Assembly (NCBI RefSeq): GCF_018977255.1
Contig: NW_024704762.1
Span: forward strand, 3,906,001 to 3,970,000
Origin: Callorhinchus milii
Lineage: Eukaryota
Direction of reading: 5' to 3'
Length of the DNA stretch: 64,000 bases
The position numbers and the translations under genes are program-made. Within the stretch, counting starts at the first letter, position 1. Each line of letters starts with the position of its first letter. This document shows positions 1-16,690 of this stretch, one piece after another. The notes beneath the pieces were generated by a model. The model did no database searches, was not told the DNA's origin, and saw only the letters and a list, made by a program, of their open reading frames with translations.

Positions 1-299
1 GTGTCATGACTGTATTTTGTAGTCCAACACAGCAGTTAACCTCTACCCCAATGTTCTGGTTTCCGCTGTCAGGTTTCCATTACATCCTGTGTGCTATAAA
101 TAGAGTCTTGGTGCCTCATCACTTCATTGATAGTGACTGGTCTCTGGCAAGATGCATTGCTATGGATTTAGCTGAAAGGAAAGGGCAGCCTGTGTATTCT
201 GGATGAAATGACTGAATGATGATATTGATATCTATTTGGATCATTGCACATTAACCAGACAAGGCTGACAACAGAAAGGCTTCTGCTAACTTAACAGCG

Positions 300-505
300 G
301 TTGAATAAAGAATATTACAGCACAGAAGGAGGCCATTCGGCCCATTGTACTTGTGCCGGCTCTTTGGAAGAGCTAACAACTTGTTCTACTCCCCCGCTCC
401 TACCCCGTAGCCTTGCAAAGTACCTATCCAATTCCCTTTTGAAAGCTAATATCGAATCTGCTTCCACCACCCTTTCAGGCACTGCCTTCCAGACCATCCA
501 GACAT
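300..505 (-). mobile_element. CR1 3'-end fragment (similar pieces at ~13020-13210, 13725-13930, 21550-21740, 22420-22620, 31275-31465, 51725-52030, 56390-56720)
   Basis: VWKAVPERVVEADSILAFKRELDRYF is a CR1 ORF2 terminus, followed by the CR1 3' UTR. Confidence 0.7.
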
Positions 506-528
506 CTGGCCTAGTTACTTTAATGTAC

Positions 529-5922
<5,394 letters not shown>

Positions 5923-6281
5923 TGTGTATTGCCCGAGCGATGAACCCTGCTAATTAGACACAGACAATCATTCCTGTTTGTCACAGACAAATCCCTTAAT
6001 TTGGTCACACAAGCAATGACTGTTTTGCAGGACACTACTGTGCAATATTGTCTACCGCGTTTCACCCACAAAATATACAGTTGATTCACTTTACAGTACA
6101 ATATATTCCACGAAGCGCCTTTTTATTTTTATCATTTTCTCTTTGAGTCGCGAGAGAAAAGCCTTCGTGTCAAGGCACCTCACACTGCACAGCACTGCAA
6201 CAGTCACAACACGTGAAAACACGGTTAAGATTCGTGCCAGCACCCAGCGCCAGACGGAGAAACAAGAGAAACCAACCTTAC

Positions 6282-6480
6282 GGTGGTGTCCTCACGAGCT
6301 CACTGCAGATCACTCGGCTCTGAAACTTTCTGGAAAGTCTTACACAGCCTCTCAGCATCAAACAACCGCCCCCTCCCCTCTCAGGCGGTGCGGGTTTAAT
6401 TACTTGAGTGCCTGCTGCCTCTGTGCCTTATTCTCACAGCTTAATTGCGTGAGAAGGAACCTCACTCACCCACAGGAAGT
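6282..6480 (-). promoter_or_regulatory. Probable non-coding exon 1 and promoter of gene A
   Basis: Donor CCG|GTAAGG-like site at 6276-6281, ~335 nt above the exon-2 acceptor (5947). Family members have a non-coding first exon. ETS core CAGGAAGT near 6473. Confidence 0.45.
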
Positions 6481-7413
6481 TTCATCTCTTTTTCCAATGA
6501 GCAACTGAAGCGCAGAGCGATGTTGCTAGCCAGAATGCGTGAGTGATTGACACACATCGTAAGGGCTAACAGGAAGGTTCTGAAAACAGTGGAAAAAGTG
6601 CAACGTAGATTCGCTCGGTGAACTTTGAAGTGATGGTCTCAGTTTGACACAGATCTGCATCACTAACAAACTTTGATGCGGTCTCCCCATTCAGCCTGGC
6701 TCAGTTGGTGACTCTCTCGTTTCTGAGATCAGAAGATTGTTGATCACACATTGGATTTTTTTTTAATACGTGCGATAACGAAAGCGTTCTTTCAGAGGAA
6801 ATAGCTTTTTATCTAGAGTGGATGTGGAGCTAAAATTATAATAATAATAATCCTCACATTTGATACAGCGCCTCATCACATCATTGAGACACCTCAAAGC
6901 GCTCCAAGGAATAGACTGACGAGCAGTTTGATGTGTATTTTGTGGGAGAAACCAGTAAATGATTAAAATCTCTAAGATCCGAAGCACAAAGAGGCAGTGA
7001 ATGATCTAAAATAGTGAGGGCGAAGGTGACCGACAGCAAAAGAACTGACGTAAATATCACAATAATGTTAATCCTTGCATTTGATGTTTCTCCTTTCACA
7101 TTGGGAGGATATCTCTGGGACGCTACCCTGTGTGAGGGACGCTGTATAAATTCAAGTTGTTGTTGTTGTTATCTCAAAGCACTTCACAGGATTTATTGTA
7201 AAATGTAGTGCAGTGTTTTAAGGCAAACTCAGCAGCCAATTTGTGCACAGCGACATCCCACACAAAATAACCATGAAATGAATGACAATAACAACAACAA
7301 CAACAACATGCACTTATATAGGGTGGAGTAAGGAAACTTGCCGAAGGCTTTGCCCTGCCCAGGAATTGAATCCGGTTCCTGTCGCTTGCGAGGCGAGTGC
7401 TCTAACCACTACC

Positions 7414-7750
7414 GTGGAGTCCTGTAGCTCAGTGGTTAGATTCACTCGCTTTGCAAGCGAGAGACCTGAGTTCAATTCCAGGCAGAGGGCGAAACCTTGG
7501 GCAAGTTTCCTTACTCCACACAGAGCCTAATAATAATCCCTCCAAAACCAAAAACAATAATAGTATTGGTCATTTTCAATCCACGACTGTCTGTGGGACA
7601 TTCCGTGCGCAATTGGCTGCCGCGTTCGCCCACAAATATACAGTCAATTCACTTTACAGTGTGTTCTGTGCAGCGCTTTGGGACGTCCTCCCGACGTGAA
7701 AAATGCTATAGCAAATGCAAGGATTATTATTATTATTATTATTATTATTA
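7414..7750 (+). mobile_element. Young tRNA-Ala-headed SINE (short subfamily), nested in an older SINE
   Basis: A box TAGCTCAGTGG, TTTGCAA loop, B box GTTCAATTCC, Deu-type 3' body, (TTA)n tail; absent at the equivalent site in unit 2 (~17638). Confidence 0.85.
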
Positions 7751-7989
7751 CCCTACAGGACTCCATAGTTTACAATTAAGTGGCCGAGATTTTTATACAC
7801 CTTCCTCTTTTCTTTGCACGATCAGTGCCTTGTGCACGAGGCTAAGCAGACAAAGAGATATTTCCATGTTATATTTTCCATTGTATCTCATGGTAAATGT
7901 CATGGTGAGGTGACTAAATTGTGTAGCTCTGTTAATTTAAATTTCCTGCAGTTCTACAATGTTACCATCGGGTGTTAATCCATCTCATT

Positions 7990-8485
7990 CAGATGTCGCC
8001 TGCATACTGACCCGGACCAAACTCCGTATCCACACCTCACCAGTTCTGGCCCAGGCTCCACTGGCTCGCCATCACCGAATGGATCGACTCCTAGATCCTC
8101 ACACTCCTGTTCAAATCCCTTCACTCCCTGGCATCTCCCTCACTCTCCGACCTACTCACTCCCCAATCCACCACCCGGCACCTCCGCTCGACTGGCACCA
8201 GCCTCCTCTCCATCCATCGAACCCCCCGCCCCACCATCGGAGGTTGCACTTTCAGCCACTACACCCCGAAACTCTGGAATGCTCTCCCTCAATCCCTCCA
8301 TCTTGACCCCTCTCTCCCCTTTTCAAGTCGCAGCCCTTCGTCGATTGCATTTACGGCCACCTCCGCCCCTGACGATCCCCCTCCCCTACCACCCCAACAC
8401 CTTCCCCCGGCTTGGAGTCAGGCTTCGCCACTGTTAAGCGCTCTGAGACGCTGCAGCTGTTATATAAGTGCAAGTTGTTGTTGTT
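7990..8485 (+). mobile_element. Degenerate L2 3' fragment (other L2 tails at ~1690-1960, 14790-14975, 45110-45430, 49120-49290, 52410-52680, 53890-54200)
   Basis: Decayed R-x-H-T-S-P-V-L-A-x-L-H-W-L-like coding remnant; tail TATATAAGTGCAAG(TTG)n. Confidence 0.6.
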
Positions 8486-9632
8486 AAAATCGGAAAGTGT
8501 ATTGTTACCCCAAACAATGGCGCCCCCTGGTGGCAGATATTGGTACAGTAGGTATTCCTTTGGAGATCCTCACCAAATCCACAGTGGGTCTGAAAGGATG
8601 AGATCAAAATGTCTCCCTTCATCCAATCTGCCTATTCTACATCTTATGATGAAGTTAGAAGAAGGAGAGGGATTTGCCTGACTGCCCATCGACGGTGCTT
8701 GCGGTCACCCACTCCCTCCCCCCAGTTCGGCGTCAGGCTCCCCAACTGTCAAGTGCCCCAAGATGCTGCCCGTGTAAAGGGTGCAGTGTAAGTGTAAGTT
8801 ATTGTTGTTGAGCACAGTTTCAGCCTTTGCATCAGCTCAATCTCGTGTCTCGGGCTAGTGCACACGTGTGGGTGTCAGGTGTCAGGTGAGGGCAGGATCG
8901 GGGCTTCGCTGTGAAGACTCATGGGTGCAAATAGGCACTTGGGCGAAGTCCTTGCTCTCAGGCTAAGTGTGGACCTCATTACACTTTACCGTCCAGCACT
9001 AATGCAGCCCATTTCCTTCTACAATTATTTTCTAAAGTCTTTGAACAGAGAGACAGAGGGAGAGTGTGAGGAGTGAACATGAAGAACATCAGACCAATTG
9101 GAGTATCTGTGAAATGTAATAACCTTTATACTTGATATCGCACCTCATAATCATCCTTTAATACAGCACCTTATCACATTGAGAGCCTGTCTCAAGCACT
9201 TCACAGGATTTACCGTGAGCTGCGGTGACTGTGTATTTTGTAGGCAAACGCAGCAACCAATTTGCGCACAGCAATGTCCAACAAACAGCCATGATGTGAA
9301 TGATCAATTTTATTTGGAGTGACAGCTGGACTACGAGTCCTGATGTGAGGCTTTCCAGTCCAATATGGATCTCTGAGTTTCTGTAGTCTCCAAACCTTCG
9401 GATTGAAATTCCACCTGGATATTTACAGTGTCCTGGAATTGGTAAAGTCTTAAAAACTGGCATCAACATGAAGTTTCAATTCAACAGTTTGCCAAATGTT
9501 GAGACTCTAAAATACTACATAGAGTAAATCTAGACCCAAATGGAATTTCTCCCCATTAGATTCTTTTGGAAGCTTTGATTTGATTTCTTGGGAAGGTGGG
9601 GAGAGGAGGGAACAAGGTCGAGGAGCTCAAAA

Positions 9633-9953
9633 TAATAATAATAATAATAATCCTTGCATTTGATATAGCGCTTTTCACGTCGGGAGGACGTCCCAAAGCG
9701 CTTCACAGAACACACTGTAAAGTGAATTGACTGTATATTTGTGGGCGAACGCGGCAGCCAATTGCGCACAGCAATGTCCCACAAACAGTCGTGGATTGAA
9801 AATGACCAATTTATTATTGTTTTTTGGTTTTTGGAGGGATTATTATTAGGCGTGTGGAGTAAGGAAACTTGCCCAAGGTTTCGCCCTGCCTGGAATTGAA
9901 CTCAGGTCTCTAGCTTGCAAAGCGAGTGCTCAACCACTGAGCTACAGGACTCC
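9633..9953 (-). mobile_element. Young SINE (short subfamily), unit-1 specific
   Basis: Full head to tail; CAAAA duplicated at the ends; empty sites at ~18938 and ~27955. Confidence 0.85.
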
Positions 9954-10345
9954 AAAAGGCAGGGAAAGGTGGACAGTTCTATTAAGGATCCGGAACATTC
10001 AGGATAAGAAAGTTGAGATATTTGGTGAACAAGTCTGACCATTTCTGTATTGGAGATAACTGACATTGACCGTCAGAACTTCCTTCTTCACTGACTTCAC
10101 TTTAATAATAATCCTTGTATTTGATATAACGGCTTATCATGTTGTTGAGACGTCTCAAAGTGCTTCACAGAATACACTCTAAAGTATTTTATGGACTCTG
10201 TATTTTGTGGATTGTATACTTTTAACGCCCTTACTTCCCAAGAACCTATCAATCTTCCTTTTGAACATCCCAATTGTTTCTGCATCTACAGCCTCTGGGG
10301 CAGGTTAAAATCAAACCAGGAGGTCAGGTCAGATTGCCGTCTCTC

Positions 10346-10351
10346 TTTATT
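10346..10351 (-). terminator. Poly(A) signal AATAAA of B1 (equivalents: B2 19110-19115, B3 28127-28132)
   Basis: AATAAA about 400 nt past the stop codon, conserved in all three copies. Confidence 0.6.
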
Positions 10352-10747
10352 ACACAGCTCTGTACTTCTGAGTCCATATATGAATGAGCAACAGAGACAC
10401 CAAAACAGAACGTTAATACTTTGACTTTTGCATAAAATGCAGAATACCAGAGTCACTTCAGTAGCACATGCATAAAGAAATATTTTTAAGCAACCGATTT
10501 TTAAGCGCTCCAAGATGCTGCCCCGGGTGAAGTTTGCTATATCAATGCACGTTGTTGTTGTTGATTTAGTCCGGGAAAAGCATTTAACGATTTCCGATAA
10601 TATGAAATTCTTTCTCAAAGGTTTGTTGGCGGAGCCTTCTTAAACGACACTGGGACATGGTGACTGAAGGCAGCTGAAGATGCCTACAATCTTAGAAGAG
10701 TTTGGATTTCTTAAAGTGGAGTCACTACAGTTCCAGTTGGTCCACAT

Positions 10748-13700
10748 TTACACCACAGGATAATGTGCGTAACTGGCAATGCCGCAGTTATTGCCCTTGT
10801 CCTTTGCCGTGTGGAAGTATCCACTGTTGCCCCATTTGACTCCCCAACTAAAGGAAGAAAGAGATAGAAATTACGGTTAACATCACTTAAGGTCATAAAG
10901 TCACACCAAAAAAGCTTGTGTGCTGCTCTGAGATTAAGAGGTGGACGAGAGCGGGGCAGGAGGGATTTAGGGAGAGGAGGAGGCCATTCAGTCCATCTGG
11001 CCTGTTTCACCATTTTATTGGATCATAGCAGATTTGGTAATCTCATCTCTCTGCTTTTCTCCACATGTGTTAACACTCCTACTTAGTTCCCAAGTATCTG
11101 TCGATCTTTTGACCAATGCATTCTGCATCTCTGACCTCCTGGGTTCCACAGTTTCACAAGCCTCCATGGGAAGAAATCTCTTCTGATCTCACTCCTAACC
11201 GGCTGAGCTCCAATTTTAAGACCATTACAATGCAGAGATAATGTGAAGCATATCCTCAGAGTGATAAGCACCGGCAGAAGTTACCCCTAGTGAAGGGCAC
11301 AATATAAATTCAAGTTGTTGTTGTCTCCATCTTTAGGCAAAACTGGAAAGAAATCAACACGTAATGTAAGTTCGCATGAGTTGGTTCAGAAAAAGAAAGT
11401 TCCTTTGGCCCATTCAATCTCACGCTCATCTAAACCAATTCCTGTCATTCATTTGAAAGACTGTCAAGCTTTCACATCACACATCAACAAAGCATGACCG
11501 CTGTATGCTCTTGGGTACCTTTGCAAGTGAGAGACCTGGGTTCGATTCCCAGCAGAGTGAAACCTTTCCTTACTCCACACGCCTGATAATAATCCCTCAA
11601 GAAAATAAAACAATTATAAATTGGTCACTTCAAACCATGACTGTTTGTGGGACGCTGCTGTGCGCAATTGGCTGCCGCATTTCGCCCACAAATATATAGT
11701 CAATTCACTTTAGTCTATTCTGTGAAGCGCTTTGAGACGTCTAGAAGACGTGAAAAGCGCTATATCAACGATTATTATTATTATTATTAAGTGGGTTAAG
11801 AGAGGAGCCCAGAGCTTAGAGGTCAAAGCACTGTATGTCACTGGTGCTAACCTTTTCTACGCTTTGCATTTGGTTAAAAGAAAATTGTGCATAATAGCTG
11901 AACTCTTACCAATATTTGGCGGTGTTGGGAAGCAAATAGGACTGTAGTTTAAAATGCCCTGGTTGCCTCATGGTGAAACACTACACTGCTTGAGAGGCGC
12001 TATATAAATGCAACTTGTTGTTGTTGTTGTGAGACGTACCTGTTTTTAACAATCCAATATGGTTCTCCTGCTTCAGTCCCATATCCAACACCAGTAACCC
12101 GTGGTCCATTACAGTCTTGCTACACGCCTCATCATAATAAATGCCTGTAAACAGCAGAAGTATTAAAGAATTGTAGAGCAGAAGGAGCCCATTCAGCCCT
12201 CTTATGACATTATTACAATTCGCGAGCTCTTTGTTCCACAATCTCTAAGGCGCATTTGAAGAATTTACATCAAATTTGTGATCTTAAGGTGTTCCTTAGG
12301 TGTAATTTGAGGTATTCTATGGTTCTTGGGGGAGATTTTGCAGGGAAACTTGATGTGTGTCTTCTGATGCTAAGAGACGCAGATAACAATAATAATCCTT
12401 ACTTTTGATATAATGTCTTATCACATCGTTGAGACAAGTTGAAGCACTTCACATAATATACTGTAAAGTGTATATTTTGTGGGCGAACATCATAGCCAAT
12501 TGCACACAGCAGTGTCCCACAAACAGCCGTGGATTCAGTAACAAAAATTTTTTTAAGGTATTGTTACTCCCCAGAAAGCGATCCACCAATCGACTAATAA
12601 ATGGGTTCCTATTTACTTCTAGATGAACAGAGACGTGCGGAGTGAGGAAACTTGGCCAAGGTTTCGCCCTGCTCAGGAATCGAACCGGGTTCTCCCGCTT
12701 GCAAGGCAAGTGCTCAATCCAATATGGATCCACTACCTTACAGGATCGAGGAAGGTATTTAGCTGATAAACGAGAGCACAAGGCTCTGCGTAACTCTGAC
12801 TTCTCACCTGATTTGTAGAACATGAATGACGCACGACCTGCGTCAAAGCCGACAGCTATTGGGCCGACAGTGGCCACCGCAGCGGCTAAGTCCCTCTCCG
12901 AGTTCTTCCTGATCATCTTCACCCCCTGACATGTGGCCACGCTCTCGTTCTCCTTACTGGTACAAACTCCGTTCTGCAACGTAAGTACAGCCCTTAGAGA
13001 CACCGAAGCCTCGAGTCACATGAAAAAAGTCCAATATCATTTTTTCACCCAGCGAGTTGTTGGGATCTGGAATGCATTGCCTGAACGGGCGGTGGAAGCC
13101 GATACGATAACAACTTTCAAGAGAGACGTAGATAGATATTTGGAGGACAAGTTTGCAGGGCTATGGGGAGAGAGCTGGGGAGTGGGATTAATTTGGAAGC
13201 TCTTTGAAAGATTTATACCTCATTGGAAAAGGTCTTGCGGCTGGGAGTGACATGGGCATATTTGTTTTCGTATATATCAATCGATCATGAGTAATTTTCA
13301 GTTTTGCATTTTCCGCTGCAGTTACACCTGGTGGCCGATGAGTCAAAGTGGTGCTGTGACATCTTGTGTCACAGAGTACGCACATAGCCAAGTGGCGGGA
13401 ACAAAATAAAGAACACAGACGACGTTAAGCCGAGGCAACAACAATCCAATTACATTTTTAAAGCGCCGAGTCCTCCCACTGAGTCCTCCCAAAAGGAGTC
13501 CTCCCACAGGAGTATAGATAAAGATGAAATGTCTGTCTGTGTGTCAATCTACATTCCGTATTGGATCCTTCGGTTCCAAAGAAAGCTGCAATGGGTATAG
13601 CTAGTATAATATAATATCATAATAATAATCCTTGCATTTAATACAGCGCCTTAACATCTCAACAGCACATCATTTTCAAGATGTCTCAGTGGCTGTGTAA

Positions 13701-16404
13701 ATGTGGGTGATATAGCAGCCAATTTATAGAATCATAGAATCTCAGAGCACCATCATGCCTGTGCCGGCTTCTGGAAAGAGTTATCCAAACAGTCCCACTC
13801 TTCCACTCTTTCCCCATAGCCCTGCAAATGTTACCTTTTCAAGTATATATCCAATTCCATTTTGAAAGTTATTATACAATGCGCTTCCACCATCCTGTCA
13901 GGCAATGCATTCCAGATCGTAACAACTCGCTAGATTTTAAATAAAATTTTAGATGCAACTTGCGCAGAGCGATGTCCCACAAACAGCCATGGAGCGAGTG
14001 ACTAATTTTATTCGAGCGATTATTGGCGAGGACACCAGGAGAGAAAGTCTCTTCTCTTTTCAAATAGTGTCACAGGTTGCTTAACGTCCACCTGGACAGG
14101 CAGATGGGACCTTGGTTTAACGTCTCACCTGAAGGACGGCATAGACATATAGGGTCTCCAAGTCCTGAGCTGGGGATTGAACCCACAACCTTCTGCCACA
14201 GAGACGAGAGCGCTACCAACTGAGCCACGCTGGCACTTTGAGGTCATTGCCCCAGTCATTGACAAAACAACAACAACAAAATTGCATTTATAGAGCGCTT
14301 TTCACTTTGGGAGGACATCCCAAGGCGTTGTACAGTTGCGTTGAGACCCAAGCAGGGGGGAAATGGTCAGGGTGAGGGGAGGGAAGGAAGGGAGCGAGGA
14401 GGGGGTAGAGAGTCGAGAGGGGAGGTGTAGGCACTTTTGAAGAGAAGAAAAGGAAGGTGTTTAAAGAGAGGGTAAGTTACCTTGGCAGTGTAGGGGTAGG
14501 ATTCCTCCGAGTTGATTCCTTTCTCTTTAATGAAGAGGAGGGAATGGATACTGGAGCCACCGTTACATCCGTGATTCCCGACACTCTGGCTGCAGTCCAT
14601 CAGGTACTGCTCGCTAAGCGAGATCAACTTCCCCGTTTTCTTAAACCACTGACCTTCCAGGACCCCGGTCGTACAGAATGCCCAACATGAGCCACAGGCT
14701 TTCTGGTGAATGAGGAGCAACAGCGAATTAATAACAATAACAATTCTTGCATTTGCTACAGCGCCTTATCACAGAATATCTTAACCATTCTTTTCCTTCC
14801 GCTCGGCCGGCACTGGCCTGCTCCATCTCCCCCACCCCCGCCAGCCCCACCATTGGTGGTCGAGCCTTCAGCTTTTCTGACCCCACCTTTTGGAACTCCA
14901 TCCCAGAACCCCTCCACCTCGTCCCCTCTCTTTCCTCCTTCAAGGCCCATCTCAAGACCTTCCTCTTGACCCCGCATTCAATAGTTTAGTAGGCGCTAAA
15001 AGTGATTCTCCTTCACCTGGTCCTTCACTCCGGTAACGTAGCCTTTAGGGCGCCAGTCAACACTCTGAGGGAGGTCAGTCTTATCATCAGCTGTAAATAT
15101 GTTGCATGTTTTGTTGTTATATTGCCTTGTGTTTCGCCTATTCAACAGGTTACTGAACTCCTCAACGGTCTGGAAAGGTAAGTGATGTTGAGATTTGTTA
15201 GTTACAATATCGCCACACGGTGGGTGTGAGGGAAGAGAACAGCATCAGGTCATGATATCTTTTGGGATAATATCCCATACACACAAACAGTTGTGGATCG
15301 AGTGACTAAATTGTGATTATTCTTTTTCAAGGAATTATTACCACCCAAAAGCGATCCACCAATCAAATAACAACTGGGTTCCTACTTACCGCGAGGTAAC
15401 CAGAAGTATGTGAAGTGAAGTAAGATCGCTTGCGAGGCGAGTGCTCTAACCACTACACGACAGGACTCCACAATCAATCTTCATCCCGATTCAATGGGAG
15501 TGTTTCAAAGATTCGCTGTTCACCTTTCACACTCTCACACTTCAGGTACCTACCATGTCTCCAAACTGATTCATCCCCACAGCAAACGTGTGTTTCCCCA
15601 TGAAGTAATCCGTGTTGTGCTTCTCAATATACTGCAGGTTCTGCTCCCACACATTTCTTCTAAACACAGCATCTTTCTGAAAAGTAGGATTTACACCCGT
15701 GTCAAACTCCAACTCCTTTTAGCATAGAAATCATCAATCGAGAGAAATATTTTCCACCTGGATAGCTTAGCATTTCGGATCATCTGACTAACCACATTCA
15801 CCAATCTCGTCCAAACGACTGCATTTCTGACAAAACAACACTCTTGTCAACATTGCACAGGAGCGTCAGCTTAGATTTTGAGTCTCAAACTTCTGATGTG
15901 GAGGCTTGAACCCACAACTTTCTGACCCAGAGGCAAGAGTGTTACCAAATGAGCCAGTCCGACAATTTGCATGGGAGAAGAGAGCAGAGAAGAGGAGAGA
16001 GGAGAGAAGGGGAAAAGAGGAGAATAGAGGAGAGGGAGGAGAGGAGAGAGTGGCTGAAAATAGACGAGCTTCTCAGGTTTGGGCTAAGCCTCGGTGTTAA
16101 GGCAGAGTTAGAGTCTCCCAAAGACGTGATAATATTTTGTTTTAAAATTTCATTTTCAGAAAGAGCACAAGGAAATAAGATGGATGAGTGTAAATAACTA
16201 TAACTGGAGTCTGGAAAAAAATGTGAAACATGAGACATTGCCCTAACCCTCTCTGGTGAAAAGCTTTGCTCTTACCTCCTGGTACAGCTTCTTGTGAAAA
16301 GATTTCCAGCTCAGCCACTCATTGTCCAATTCTGGATTGATCGAGACTGTTGAAGCTTTAACTAGAACGAACACCACAAAACAGCCCCTCAGCAGGAAGT
16401 TCAT
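10748..16404 (-). CDS. Cathepsin L/S-like protease, copy B1 (apparent 1-bp frameshift in exon 7: pseudogene or sequence error)
   Basis: Exons 16276-16404, 15554-15676, 15017-15169, 14481-14702, 12808-12973, 12040-12144 (105 bp vs 106 in B2/B3; a C is missing near 12089), 10748-10847. Motifs [26 protein letters not shown] (after frame correction), [12 protein letters not shown]. Confidence 0.88.
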
Positions 16405-16634
16405 GACGAGTTATCTGTCAGAACAAAACACGGGGATCAGACAGACAGTGAGCAAGTTACTCTGAGACAAGAGATTTTGTGCGGCAGTGGTCATCTCCCT
16501 GCTTTGATATAACGTCTTATCACTTCATTGAGACGTCTCAAAGCGCTTCACAGAATATACTGTGAAGTGGGTTGACTGAATTTTATGGGCAAAAGACACA
16601 TATGATAAAACAACATTTTTATCAATAGTCCTAC

Positions 16635-16690
16635 CTTCCAGCCGTCCTGCCCTCTGGCTAATGTGCGGAGCGCGCAGGTCAATATATACC
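16635..16690 (-). promoter_or_regulatory. B1 TATA box and short non-coding exon 1
   Basis: TATATA at 16683-16688 and donor AAG|GTAGG at 16634; conserved in all three B copies. Confidence 0.6.

Noticed and set aside
7414-7485. tRNA-Ala-like sequences at SINE heads (also 35165, 60381 and others)
   Set aside because: No acceptor-stem closure, and they continue into SINE bodies; not tRNA genes.
10286-10618. ORF MRKNFILSEIV.. repeated three times (also 19080, 28097)
   Set aside because: Non-ATG start within the B 3' UTR; the recurrence is explained by the triplication.
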